Shown: positions 20,236 to 29,416 of the stretch, one piece after another
How positions within the stretch are numbered: the first letter of the stretch is position 1
How the letters are laid out: each line of letters opens with the position of its first letter
Origin: Candidatus Latescibacterota bacterium
Lineage (GTDB): Bacteria > Latescibacterota > UBA2968 > GCA-2709665
Reading direction: 5' to 3'
Length of the DNA: 64,000 nucleotides
Assembly (NCBI GenBank): GCA_965248435.1
Contig: OZ252100.1
Span: forward strand, 5,472,001-5,536,000
Notes under the pieces: generated by a model
Database searches by the model: none
The model's input: only the letters and a program-made list of their open reading frames with translations
Told to the model about the DNA's origin: nothing
Program-made: the position numbers and the translations under genes

Positions 20236-20766
20236 CTAAAATATAGGAAAACCCGAAGATACGGTCAAGAGAGAAGCCGGAACAGATTCTGGGGGCTGGG
20301 ATTGCCTGCTAAACCAAGTCAGAGGCTCAGGGCAGCGGGCAATCCCTTCTCGCCAGGGAAGCGAGGGCTGCGGTGCTGCAGCATCCAGTTGGGTAGGCGA
20401 GAGCGCAGCGTTCGCGCCGGGAGCCACAACAATCGTATTCTCTCCCTGCTCGTCCACCAGAATGAACGCAACACCCGAGGGTAAGTCAGGGTCGGTCAAT
20501 ACATAGCGCGTATCGATCTCCTCCTTCTCCAGTGTTTCGATCGACGTGCTACCGAAGTCATCTCCTCCGACCCTTGAGACGAACGCGACCCTTGCACCAG
20601 CGCGCGCCGCAGCCACAGCCTGGTTTGCCCCTTTACCCCCCGAAGCCGTGAAAAACCTGTCTCCAAGGCGAGTTTCTCCGGAGGAGGGCAGGCGTCTCAT
20701 CCGGATCACTAGGTCGGTGTTTGAGCTTCCGACCACCAAGACCTCGGGCTTTAGCTCAGTTCCCAC
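20236..20766 (-). pseudogene. rbsK: Ribokinase with an internal in-frame deletion
   Basis: 'VVGSSNTD...GGKGANQAVAAAR...APGAN' joined directly to C-terminal 'QPSLPWRE'; ATP-binding DTxGAGD region absent. Confidence 0.75.
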
Positions 20767-21559
20767 TCATCAAATCCGGTTTTCGTGCGACATAGAATTT
20801 AAAATCTGGATCGAAGTCCACATACCAGCCAGGGGGAGCGCAACGCTCGATTCTCTCTCGGCTATTGTAATAAACGAGTTCGAAGCCTACGTCTGAAAGG
20901 ATCTTGCGAATCGAGCGTGGGGAAATAACCTGGAGGTAGTAGACTTCTAGGTTCTGCGTGGGGTCATAAATAACCTCTCCGATCTCCATTTCCGCGATAG
21001 GATGTCTCGTGAGTCTGGAGAACAGATACCGCACGAGCTGCCGAATCCTGAACGGCAGAAATCGGTTGAGGGCTTCAAGAGAGTGGGTTGTGAAGACGAG
21101 ATGACCTCCCGGCCGAAGGATTCGCCAGGCCTCTCGCAGCATTTGCCTCTTCCCTTCCTTGCCAGGTATGAGTTCAATCCCGTTGTAAGAGAAGAGGACA
21201 CCCGTATAGCTGTCGTCCGAGAAGGGAAGATCAGTTGCGTCAGCGACCACCCAGGTTGCATCGGCGCCCAATCGCCGGGCCTGAAGGCCCCCCTGAAACA
21301 CCATGGGAAAAGAAAAGTCCAGCCCCGTGACATTGAATCCCTTTTCGGCCAGTGGAATCGTCGTGCGTCCGGCCCCCGAGCCAACATCCAGAATTCTGTC
21401 TCCCAGATCCCAATAGGCGTCACAAAGCATCTCTTCAGAGGGCCACAGTCCGACTACTGTGTACTTCTTCACGACCCAATAGCGGGAGTAGCCTTGCCTT
21501 ACTCGGTTCTTGAACAGTTCCATATGGGCTAAGGTAGGGGGTCGAATCAGGTGGGTCAA
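20756..21559 (-). CDS. Class I SAM-dependent methyltransferase
   Basis: 'ILDVGSGAGR', 'ADATDLPF', 'RILRPGG'. Confidence 0.85.
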   Translation of the reverse strand: MTHLIRPPTLAHMELFKNRVRQGYSRYWVVKKYTVVGLWPSEEMLCDAYWDLGDRILDVGSGAGRTTIPLAEKGFNVTGLDFSFPMVFQGGLQARRLGADATWVVADATDLPFSDDSYTGVLFSYNGIELIPGKEGKRQMLREAWRILRPGGHLVFTTHSLEALNRFLPFRIRQLVRYLFSRLTRHPIAEMEIGEVIYDPTQNLEVYYLQVISPRSIRKILSDVGFELVYYNSRERIERCAPPGWYVDFDPDFKFYVARKPDLMSGN

Positions 21560-21707
21560 GACGAATGTGAATCGAACCGAATCTGTCGCATCTGGTTATT
21601 TTCCCTTGACTTGCGAAAAACGTTTGCCTATTTTTCTGGTGAATGTTCAGACTTTCTACGTCCGGGCAGGAGTTCGGGTTTCGCTCGCGCAGTACAAGGT
21701 GGAACGA

Positions 21708-22457
21708 ATGGGTACACCCACCGTTAAAAGGGATGTTTCGTGTGTCCTCTTGGCCTGCTGCATCATCGCGCTTCTGGGCGCGGGTTGCGCAACGACGCGT
21801 TACGAGGAGTACGGTCCACCCTCTGAAGCCCCGGAAGCTGCGAGGGCTCCTGAACAGATGGCGTCAGCTTCGCAGGCGGTAGGGATTGCCGAACTCGAAG
21901 CTCGAATCGAGCTATTGGAGGCTGAGCTTGCGAATCGCTTGGCCGCAATGGAAGCGGCGAACGCGGGCCTGGCTACACGGTTCGAGTCTTTGGCCGAGCA
22001 GATTGAACACCTGCGAAATCAGTTACGAGCGAGTCGGAGAGATCCTAAGGCAAAGCCTGAACTACAGGACCCCAGCAGAATTTACGAACAGGGACTGATG
22101 CGTTACAATGCTCGGGAATACAAAGACGCCAAGGAGAGATTCAAGGATGTACTAAGACTGGATCCTAAGGGTGATCTTGGCGATAATGCGCTCTACTGGA
22201 TGGGGGAAAGCGACTACGCCCTGGGGGATTATCAATCGGCGCTCGAAGCGTTTACAAGGGTTCTCAACTACGCGACAACCGAAAAAGACGATGATGCCCA
22301 GCTAAAACTCGGGCTTTGTCATCTCCGCATAGGGGATCGTAGCACCGCACTCATTGAACTGAAGCGACTACTTGTGGACTACCCAGAAAGTGAGTACGTT
22401 CAGCGCGCAGAGGAATTGATTCGGAGCGTAGGAAAAGAGCACAAACCTGAACCCTAG
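21708..22457 (+). CDS. cpoB: Tol-Pal-associated TPR lipoprotein CpoB/YbgF
   Basis: Lipobox LGAGC, coiled coil, TPRs 'NALYWMGE', 'DYPES'; TTGACT-N17-TATTTT promoter at ~21606. Confidence 0.8.
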   Translation: MGTPTVKRDVSCVLLACCIIALLGAGCATTRYEEYGPPSEAPEAARAPEQMASASQAVGIAELEARIELLEAELANRLAAMEAANAGLATRFESLAEQIEHLRNQLRASRRDPKAKPELQDPSRIYEQGLMRYNAREYKDAKERFKDVLRLDPKGDLGDNALYWMGESDYALGDYQSALEAFTRVLNYATTEKDDDAQLKLGLCHLRIGDRSTALIELKRLLVDYPESEYVQRAEELIRSVGKEHKPEP

Positions 22458-22569
22458 TGCCCACTCCCGGGAGAGGAAGCGATTCCATCGATCAAGATCG
22501 AACCTTTTCAGACATTCCTCAAGGGTGCTGGCCTTGTGGAGATATGGGATATGGCAGGGCGGAGGCAGG

Positions 22570-23379
22570 ATGCGTCTGGCCATCTTATTGAGACTTTGCC
22601 TCGTTGTGGGGTTGATGGGCTGTGCCAAGGGCAAGTATCGGATGCAGAGTCCGGAGACCTATTACGAAGAAGCGCAAGAGGCCCTGGGCGAGGAGGATTG
22701 CTGGAAGGCCGAGCAGCTTTTTCGCAACCTTCTCTCGGACTTTCCGGGGTCTCCTCTCGTTGATGATGCACAATTCGGGCTGGCGCAGTCGAGCTACTGC
22801 TCCAAGGACTATGTCACATCGATATTCGAGTATGAGCGACTCCTGGATGAACATCCCGCGAGTCCCTTCGTTGATGAAGCCCGATATCAGATCGGGATGT
22901 GCTACTACAAAGAATCGCAAAGTGTTCATCACGACCAGGAGGATACGTACAAGGCCATTCGGGTGTTCGGGCGATTCGTTGAAGACTATCCCCGAAGCAA
23001 CCTGGTTTCAGATGCTGACAGGCGCATCAAGGAATTACAGGGCAAGCTGGCCGATCACAAGTTGGTCATTGCTGAGAACTATTTCAGATGGAAAAAGCCC
23101 AATTCGGCAGAAGTCTACTGCGAAATCATCCTGAGGGAGTTCCCGGACGCTGAGGCCGCGCCGGGCGTTCGTTTCCTTCTTGCCAGGATTAAGCGCAGTT
23201 TGGGGAACCTTGACGAAGCCGTAGAGCTTCTCAGGTTTCTTGCCAGGGAGGATTTCTCTGGTGAGTTAGAAGAGAAGGTTTTGAAGGAAATCCGTGAAGT
23301 GGAACAGGATCTCGCGAAACAAAAGTCCTCAAACCCTCTATCCTCGCAGAAGGGGAGAGGAGAACCAGGCACCAGGTAA
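22570..23379 (+). CDS. bamD: Outer membrane protein assembly factor BamD
   Basis: Lipobox LMGC; TPRs 'DFPGSPLVDDAQF', 'DQEDTYKAI...DYPRS'. Confidence 0.85.
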   Translation: MRLAILLRLCLVVGLMGCAKGKYRMQSPETYYEEAQEALGEEDCWKAEQLFRNLLSDFPGSPLVDDAQFGLAQSSYCSKDYVTSIFEYERLLDEHPASPFVDEARYQIGMCYYKESQSVHHDQEDTYKAIRVFGRFVEDYPRSNLVSDADRRIKELQGKLADHKLVIAENYFRWKKPNSAEVYCEIILREFPDAEAAPGVRFLLARIKRSLGNLDEAVELLRFLAREDFSGELEEKVLKEIREVEQDLAKQKSSNPLSSQKGRGEPGTR

Positions 23380-23384
23380 GTGGT

Positions 23385-23972
23385 ATGGGACGCAGGATCG
23401 GTATTCTGGGCGGCACGTTTGATCCGATTCACAATGGACATCTGATCGTCGCTCAGGAAGTCGTTTCGTCCCTCGAGCTGGATCGGATCCTTTTCGTCCC
23501 CTGCGGCCAACCGCCCCATAAACAGTATCCTGAAATGGCGAGCGCGGAAGCTCGCGCTGAGATGGTAAGGCTCGGTGTTGCCGATAATCCTCTCTTCGAA
23601 TTTTCTCCCCTAGAGCTTCAAAGACCCGGCAAGTCTTACACGATCGAAACCCTTCGTGAATTGAGAGAACAGTTTGGATTGGAATCGGAAATCTATCTGG
23701 TTATCGGTGCCGACAATGCTGGAGAGTTATCGTCCTGGTGCGATCCTGAAGGGGTTCTAGAAACATCGCGGGTGGCCGTTGTTCTTCGGGATGGATTCGA
23801 TCGTTCACGGATCGACCCTGCTCAAGCAGAAAGGATGACCTTCTTGGATACACCGCGGATTGAAATATCATCCACAGACATTCGGAGCAGAGTGTGTCGA
23901 GGCTTTCCAATTAGGTACCTTGTTCCGGAAAAAGTAGGGGAGTATATTAGAGAAGAGGGTCTTTATCGGTAA
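23385..23972 (+). CDS. nadD: Nicotinate-nucleotide adenylyltransferase
   Basis: 'GGTFDPIHNGH', 'SYTIETL', 'IGAD', 'ISSTDIR'. Confidence 0.97.
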   Translation: MGRRIGILGGTFDPIHNGHLIVAQEVVSSLELDRILFVPCGQPPHKQYPEMASAEARAEMVRLGVADNPLFEFSPLELQRPGKSYTIETLRELREQFGLESEIYLVIGADNAGELSSWCDPEGVLETSRVAVVLRDGFDRSRIDPAQAERMTFLDTPRIEISSTDIRSRVCRGFPIRYLVPEKVGEYIREEGLYR

Positions 23973-24004
23973 GACTGAATTCACACCGTGGTCGGAGGGT
24001 CCGA

Positions 24005-24265
24005 ATGTCCGCTGAGAAGACCTCTTCGTCGCCGGCCAAATTGGGAGGTGCTCCCGAAGGCCGCACTCACAGGTATTTCTGCATTGACGATGATCAGTGC
24101 AGGGCATTTTCCCGGGTGTCCAAGGAAGCGATGCACATCCGCAAGATTCCGAAGAGAGTAAATGTCTTTGGAAAGGAAATAGACGGCTGGATCATCGAAT
24201 TGAGGGTCCCTGCTACGGACGGGGTCGTTCGTGTAGACCCACTCAAGGAGTCCAGAAGCACGTGA
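24005..24265 (+). CDS. Hypothetical protein
   Basis: 86-aa ORF with GGAGGG RBS, followed by a terminator. Confidence 0.55.
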   Translation: MSAEKTSSSPAKLGGAPEGRTHRYFCIDDDQCRAFSRVSKEAMHIRKIPKRVNVFGKEIDGWIIELRVPATDGVVRVDPLKESRST

Positions 24266-24300
24266 ACTCCCCATCATCGTTACGACTCTCTTAAGAACAG

Positions 24301-24334
24301 AAAAGGAGGCGATCGAAAGACCGCCTCCTTTTTT
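24301..24334. terminator. Bidirectional intrinsic terminator
   Basis: AAAAGGAGGCG...CGCCTCCTTTTTT between convergent genes. Confidence 0.75.
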
Positions 24335-24364
24335 GCGATGTGGTTGAAACACTTGAAGCGAATG

Positions 24365-24880
24365 TTACAGACTGTTTAGCAGGGCAAGGTTCTGATCGAT
24401 GATCCGAGAAAGCGATGTTCGTGCATCCACGTTAGAGGTCGCTTCCGAAGGATTGGGATTGGCGTCATCGTAGGAAGCTCTGAAGAGGGCTGAATAGGCA
24501 GTCCTTCCTCCGGAAATCCCTATGAGTTGATTTTCAATGCTTTCTCGAGGACCGTAGGTTGAGCTCGCAGTGCCACTGCTGCGCGATCTCAGGGCACTAA
24601 ATCTGAGGCTTTTGTCGAACATGCCGTTGGCGATATCGAAACGGAAGCGTTCGTCCAGGCTTGGAGGTGCATATGTTGGGCTCGGCTCCGAACTGGAGAT
24701 TTCGACAGTGTCGCCGTCGGTTGTTTCGACGAGAAGCTCTAAAGCCTTGACCGGAATGACCATATCGAATGAGGAGCCGCCCTGATGTGTGACTATGGTT
24801 TCCTGAGGAGGCGGTGTGGAGGCCTGTGGCGAGGTGTCGAACGTCGTGCCTGCAGACTGACTCGATACGGGAAGCGGCAT
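24365..24880 (-). CDS. Hypothetical S/T/P-rich protein, probably sigma28-controlled
   Basis: 171-aa ORF with RBS; sigma28-like promoter upstream. Confidence 0.6.
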   Translation of the reverse strand: MPLPVSSQSAGTTFDTSPQASTPPPQETIVTHQGGSSFDMVIPVKALELLVETTDGDTVEISSSEPSPTYAPPSLDERFRFDIANGMFDKSLRFSALRSRSSGTASSTYGPRESIENQLIGISGGRTAYSALFRASYDDANPNPSEATSNVDARTSLSRIIDQNLALLNSL

Positions 24881-24998
24881 TGCTCCGGTCCTTTAAGATT
24901 TGTTGCTACGTTCACGCTCTCGCGGGGATTCGTGCGTGAAGTCGGTAGCGTATTTCAGGGAGACGAGACTGGCTCAGATGTATTCCCCCTGTCAGAGT

Positions 24999-25026
24999 AG
25001 ATCGGCAGGTCGAGGACCAATCTTTA
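24999..25026 (-). promoter_or_regulatory. sigma28 (FliA)-like promoter TAAA-N16-GCCGATCT
   Basis: Reverse complement reads TAAAgattggtcctcgacctGCCGATCT. Confidence 0.55.
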
Positions 25027-25125
25027 GCCTTTTTTGGGGAAATCTTCGTGATTATTGACAAAAATGTGATTTTTCTTCTTAGATTAAATGGGATCGAGCG
25101 GTGAGAGCCAGATTGGGGTGAAGAG

Positions 25126-25443
25126 ATGAGTCAAAATGACGATTTGAGACCAGAGATCACCAGTGTTAACATCTACGGAACTGAATATCCGCTTTCCAGC
25201 GGTGAGTCCACTGGATATACGCAAAAGATAGCGGAGTTCGTCGATCACAAGATGTCACAAATCGCCTCAGAGGAGAATCTTTCAGACCTGACAAAGGTCG
25301 CAATTATGACGGCGATGGATATCGCTGGTCAGTTACTCAGGCAAAAAGAGAGGGGCAGATTGGAGAGAAAGCGTACCGTTGAAGCCATTGATCGGCTTGG
25401 TCGGCATCTTGATGAGGCAAGTGGAAGCAGCCGTGGCATCTGA
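25126..25443 (+). CDS. zapA: Cell division protein ZapA
   Basis: 'VNIYGTEYPL...IAEFVDHKM...KVAIMTAMDIA'. Confidence 0.85.
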   Translation: MSQNDDLRPEITSVNIYGTEYPLSSGESTGYTQKIAEFVDHKMSQIASEENLSDLTKVAIMTAMDIAGQLLRQKERGRLERKRTVEAIDRLGRHLDEASGSSRGI

Positions 25444-25903
25444 CCCCAAGAACGAAACCTCTACCCAGCAGGAGGCTCCGGCCACCGACCTTGAGGAACC
25501 GCTCGGCCTGACACAGGTGATTGCGGGTGGGATGAAGCAGTGGTTCCTGATGGTGGCACTGGGACTGGGAATCGTGGGGAGCGCTGCCGCATTTCTGGGA
25601 CTGTTTGTGGTCGCATCAACACTGGTCTCAATCGTTCTAATCTCTCTTACTCTATATCTGTTTCTCAGACTTTGGCCAGAAGAAGAGCGGCCAAAAAATT
25701 CGACCGCAAGAATATCTGAAGAAAAGGTAGAACCGAAAACGGCCATGGTTCCGGCGGTCAGGCTGAACGGCCATCCACGGAGCCGTTTTATGATCGCGCT
25801 CAAAGAGGTCGCCCGAAGGCAGGAAACATTCCGAATAAGCCCACAGGGTGCTGAGCGATTTGCCAAAACGATCCGGTATCTTCTTCGTGCCTCTAGACAA
25901 TAG
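25421..25903 (+). CDS. Hypothetical membrane protein (2 TM)
   Basis: Hydrophobic hairpin; start uncertain. Confidence 0.55.
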   Translation: MEAAVASDPKNETSTQQEAPATDLEEPLGLTQVIAGGMKQWFLMVALGLGIVGSAAAFLGLFVVASTLVSIVLISLTLYLFLRLWPEEERPKNSTARISEEKVEPKTAMVPAVRLNGHPRSRFMIALKEVARRQETFRISPQGAERFAKTIRYLLRASRQ

Positions 25904-25915
25904 TCCAGGGGCAGA

Positions 25916-26599
25916 TCACGCTTTCCAGAGACCGTATTTCAAGATCGAAAAAAGGATCTTGCACCCTGCCTGAAGCGTGCCTTTTAGGGTTCCGCTTATC
26001 TTTGATACTCCTATGCGACGTTTGTAGCTAACCGGAATTTCGACTGTCTTGAGGCCCAATTTCTTTGCCTTGATCTGCATTTCTATCGTCCAGCCAAACG
26101 TTTTGTCCTCCATCTGCAACCTAGCCAGTGCCGGATAGCGGATTGCCCTGAAGGGACCCAGATCGGTGTATTGGGCGCCAAATAGGAGACGAATGAGCTT
26201 TGTGGCCAACCAGTTTCCGAATCTGGCGTGGATGGGAAGTGCCCCAGGCTCCCTTCGTCCTCGACTGCGAGAGCCGATCACCAGATCTGCACGACCCTGG
26301 AGGATCGGGTGAACCAGAAGTTCAAGCTCCTCAGGATGATCGCTATAATCTCCATCCAGAAAAACGACGATATCGGGCCGATCGAGCGCCTCGATGCCGG
26401 CCATGCAGGCCCAGCCGTAGCCCTGACGCGCTTCGCGGATGACACGTACGCCCATCTCTGAGGCCATCTTTGCCGTTTCGTCCGTGGAGCCATTGTCAAC
26501 GACGAGGATTTCAGCTATAAGGCCGGACGGAATGTCGGCAATGACCCGCTGAATCGCGTTCTGCTCGTTGAATGCAGGTATTACGACGGATATACGCAA
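25916..26599 (-). CDS. Glycosyltransferase family 2 (DPM1-like)
   Basis: 'VVIPAFNE', 'VDNGSTD', 'FLDGDYSD', 'TDLGPFRAI'. Confidence 0.92.
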   Translation of the reverse strand: MRISVVIPAFNEQNAIQRVIADIPSGLIAEILVVDNGSTDETAKMASEMGVRVIREARQGYGWACMAGIEALDRPDIVVFLDGDYSDHPEELELLVHPILQGRADLVIGSRSRGRREPGALPIHARFGNWLATKLIRLLFGAQYTDLGPFRAIRYPALARLQMEDKTFGWTIEMQIKAKKLGLKTVEIPVSYKRRIGVSKISGTLKGTLQAGCKILFSILKYGLWKA

Positions 26600-26696
26600 G
26601 GGACAATACGTCTTTCTTTCAGGTGGGATCAGGTCGTTTTCTCACCTGAAGAGGTTTGCTGTCTCTTATTCTTCCAAACCTGTCTGAGAGAATTTC

Positions 26697-27254
26697 GTGG
26701 CTGAAGAAGAGGAAACTGAAGAAACTGAGAGTGAGGCGCCCGCAAAGCCTTTAGAGCAGCCGAGCCTGCTCCGGTACCTCCCACTCGTGTTGGTGATCAT
26801 CGCGCTTCAGGCTGCAGGTGCCTACTACCTGATCGAGTTCGTCGTTTTTGCACCGCCAGAGACGACTTCGGAGGTTCAGGATGAAATCGGACGGCCGAGG
26901 ACGATCCCGGAAGGGGATGAGCCCGAAGCGAGCGTGAATCTCGGAGAGTTCTTTGCCAATCCGAGGGGGACAAGAGCGAGGCTGCTGGTGAGGGCCGTTG
27001 TTACGCTGGGGGTCGCTCCGAGTGGTGCGAGGTCGGAGATCGAGAGCCCGGATAACGAGGATCGAGTAAAGGACGCGATCGTGAGGGCGCTGGGGAATGC
27101 GACTTATGAGATGCTCCGTAGCCCCAGGGGACGGCAGAAGGTCAAACTGGAGATCAAGGACCGCTTGAATCAGATACTTTATAGGGGACAGGTTCAGGAG
27201 GTCTATTTCGGAGAGTTCTACCTGCAGGCCATGCCCGGATTCTCGGGTGGCTAG
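26697..27254 (+). CDS. fliL: Flagellar basal body-associated protein FliL
   Basis: N-terminal TM; 'LGEFFANP', 'LEIKDRLN', 'VQEVYFGEF'. Confidence 0.8.
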   Translation: MAEEEETEETESEAPAKPLEQPSLLRYLPLVLVIIALQAAGAYYLIEFVVFAPPETTSEVQDEIGRPRTIPEGDEPEASVNLGEFFANPRGTRARLLVRAVVTLGVAPSGARSEIESPDNEDRVKDAIVRALGNATYEMLRSPRGRQKVKLEIKDRLNQILYRGQVQEVYFGEFYLQAMPGFSGG

Positions 27255-27260
27255 GTCGAT

Positions 27261-27806
27261 TCATGGGTTTGTCTCTTCAGACCGGTCAAGCAGCTCGACG
27301 ATTCTGACGCCGAAAGTGTCACCCACCACCACGACTTCCCCCCGGGCGAACAGCTTACCGTTTACCAGGACTTCCACAGGTTCGTGTTCCTCGGGCACAA
27401 GCTCAACGATAGAATCTCGCGTCCAGGATAGAATGTCTTTGATCGGGATGAAGTTGCCCCCCATCTCGACCGTTATGGAAACATCGACATCGGAGAGCCG
27501 GTCGAGCCCTTCGGCTGCCTCGGCCAGGCCTGCTGGTTGGGCTGCGAACGGGGCGACGGCAGCCTCCGGCCCCGAAGTTTCCTCATTCATGGCACGAAGC
27601 ATCTCCTGCTCAAGCATTTCATCGACGCTGCCAGCATCGCCGCCCCCTGCTGTCCCTTCTGCCTGATCGCCCTCCGCTGCAGCTCCGGCCGCCCCACCAC
27701 CATCCTCGCCCCCGACTTCCTCCTGCATCATACGGAGCATTTCAGCCTCGACGTCAGCGTCTTCCGGGGATTCCTCAGACGATGCATCGGATGTTTCATC
27801 CAGCAT
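27261..27806 (-). CDS. fliN: Flagellar motor switch FliN/SpoA-domain protein
   Basis: 'DVDVSITVEMG...EPVEVLVNGKLFARGEVVVVGDTFGVRI'. Confidence 0.88.
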   Translation of the reverse strand: MLDETSDASSEESPEDADVEAEMLRMMQEEVGGEDGGGAAGAAAEGDQAEGTAGGGDAGSVDEMLEQEMLRAMNEETSGPEAAVAPFAAQPAGLAEAAEGLDRLSDVDVSITVEMGGNFIPIKDILSWTRDSIVELVPEEHEPVEVLVNGKLFARGEVVVVGDTFGVRIVELLDRSEETNP

Positions 27807-27909
27807 TTGAAGCCTCCGTTTGGTCCACAGTTGGGTAGAAGCGCTAGAACCTATTATAAAAACTTAAGATAAACGAGCTCCAAAATCAAGACTATGTTCC
27901 AAAAAGCTC

Positions 27910-27936
27910 TAAAGCAGTTTTGGAAGGTGCCGATAA
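27910..27936 (+). promoter_or_regulatory. sigma28 promoter of flagellin
   Basis: Perfect TAAA-N15-GCCGATAA. Confidence 0.88.
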
Positions 27937-28102
27937 GTATGGACGCAAGTCATTAAGAAACAAACGGTAATACTAACTTAAGTAGTATTTTGAAATACTA
28001 AGTCGTATCAAACTCGATGGAAGGGACGTCACTCGACGTGACCGGCAAGGAAGCCGGAAGGTGTGTAAGAACCGCACACCTGAGTAAGACAAGGAGGTTA
28101 AG

Positions 28103-29293
28103 ATGGCGCTTCGTATCAATCAGAACATCCCGAGCATCAACGTTCAGCGTCTCGGGAAGATCAACAACCGAGAGCTGAAGGTGCACATTGAGCGCCTCTC
28201 GTCAGGTCTGAGGGTGAACAGGGCGGCGGATGACGCCTCCGGGCTGAGCGTTTCGGAGGGTATGCGCGCAGAGATTTCGGGTCTACGCCAGGGCGCAATG
28301 AACACCCAGGGCGCAATCGATCTGATCCAGACGGCCGAGGGGGCCCTCAGCGAAGTCAGCGACATGCTCATCCGGATGAGGTCACTGGCCGTTCAGTCGG
28401 CCTCATCTACGGTGAACGATGGCAACCGCGAGTCAATCAACGCGGAATTCGCCCAGCTGATTACCGAGATCGATCGGATCGCCAGTGTCACATCCTACAA
28501 CAACTCTTCGATTCTGTCCGGATTTGGCAATGTGCTCGATGAAGCTTCCTCGACGGCGCTGGCTTCCTTCACGACTGGTGTGATCAACGTTCAACTGACT
28601 GGGGCGGCCTCTGGCACCTATCAGTTCATCGACTCATCGAACAACGACAGGGAAATCACCCTCGGCAACGGCGTCATCTCGCAGACGATCGATATCGGGA
28701 CTGCCCTGGATGTAGATGGAGCCGCGGGAGGTGTGGTTGCTTCGGGCAGCGCCATCGTCGCCAACTTCGACAGGCTGGGTATCCAGCTTGTGATGAGTGG
28801 ACAAAGGGCAGCGGAGGGGATCAACCCGGCCACCGATGGCTACCGGGACGGCGAACTAGACGGGCGTTCGCTGGTCGTAAACCAGGGCGTGGGCGGTACC
28901 TTCCAGATCGGTCCTGACGACGGGGCCGTGCATCGCCTCGAGGCCAACGTGTCCGACATGCGCGCCACGGCTGGGGTGATCAACCTGGGAGGCGTTTCGC
29001 TCTCCACCCAATCGGCGTCACAGAACGCGATTACAAGCATCGAGCTGGCCATCACGAATGTATCTCAGGTCAGAGGAGATTTGGGAGCCCTCCAGAATCG
29101 ACTTTCCCATACGTTGAGAAATACGGAGAACTCGGTCGAGAACATTCAATCCTCCGAGTCCTCGATCCGGGACGCTGATATAGGGGCGGAAGTCAGCGGA
29201 TTTACCAGGTCGCAAATCCTTGTTCAATCCACGACGGCGATGCTTGCGCAGGCCAACGTGATTCCCCAAAATGCCCTGACCCTCTTGCAATAG
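28103..29293 (+). CDS. fliC: Flagellin
   Basis: 'ERLSSGLRVNRAADDASGL', 'QTAEGAL', 'LGALQNRL', 'IRDAD', 'AMLAQAN'. Confidence 0.96.
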   Translation: MALRINQNIPSINVQRLGKINNRELKVHIERLSSGLRVNRAADDASGLSVSEGMRAEISGLRQGAMNTQGAIDLIQTAEGALSEVSDMLIRMRSLAVQSASSTVNDGNRESINAEFAQLITEIDRIASVTSYNNSSILSGFGNVLDEASSTALASFTTGVINVQLTGAASGTYQFIDSSNNDREITLGNGVISQTIDIGTALDVDGAAGGVVASGSAIVANFDRLGIQLVMSGQRAAEGINPATDGYRDGELDGRSLVVNQGVGGTFQIGPDDGAVHRLEANVSDMRATAGVINLGGVSLSTQSASQNAITSIELAITNVSQVRGDLGALQNRLSHTLRNTENSVENIQSSESSIRDADIGAEVSGFTRSQILVQSTTAMLAQANVIPQNALTLLQ

Positions 29294-29310
29294 AATCAGA
29301 CCAGGTCCCC

Positions 29311-29355
29311 GAAAGAACGGCATCGATCCCAGTGATCGATGCCGTTCTTTTTTTT
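29311..29355 (+). terminator. Intrinsic terminator after flagellin
   Basis: AAAGAACGGCATCGATC...GATCGATGCCGTTCTTT plus T-run. Confidence 0.85.
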
Positions 29356-29416
29356 CCTACCCCTTCAGATCAGGAAGTTTGGCCGCCGATAACCTTAGAT
29401 TGGTCTTGAGAAATCA

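Noticed and set aside
25440-25700. 6S RNA downstream of zapA
   Set aside because: Region is occupied by an overlapping membrane-protein ORF; no long 6S-like hairpin seen.
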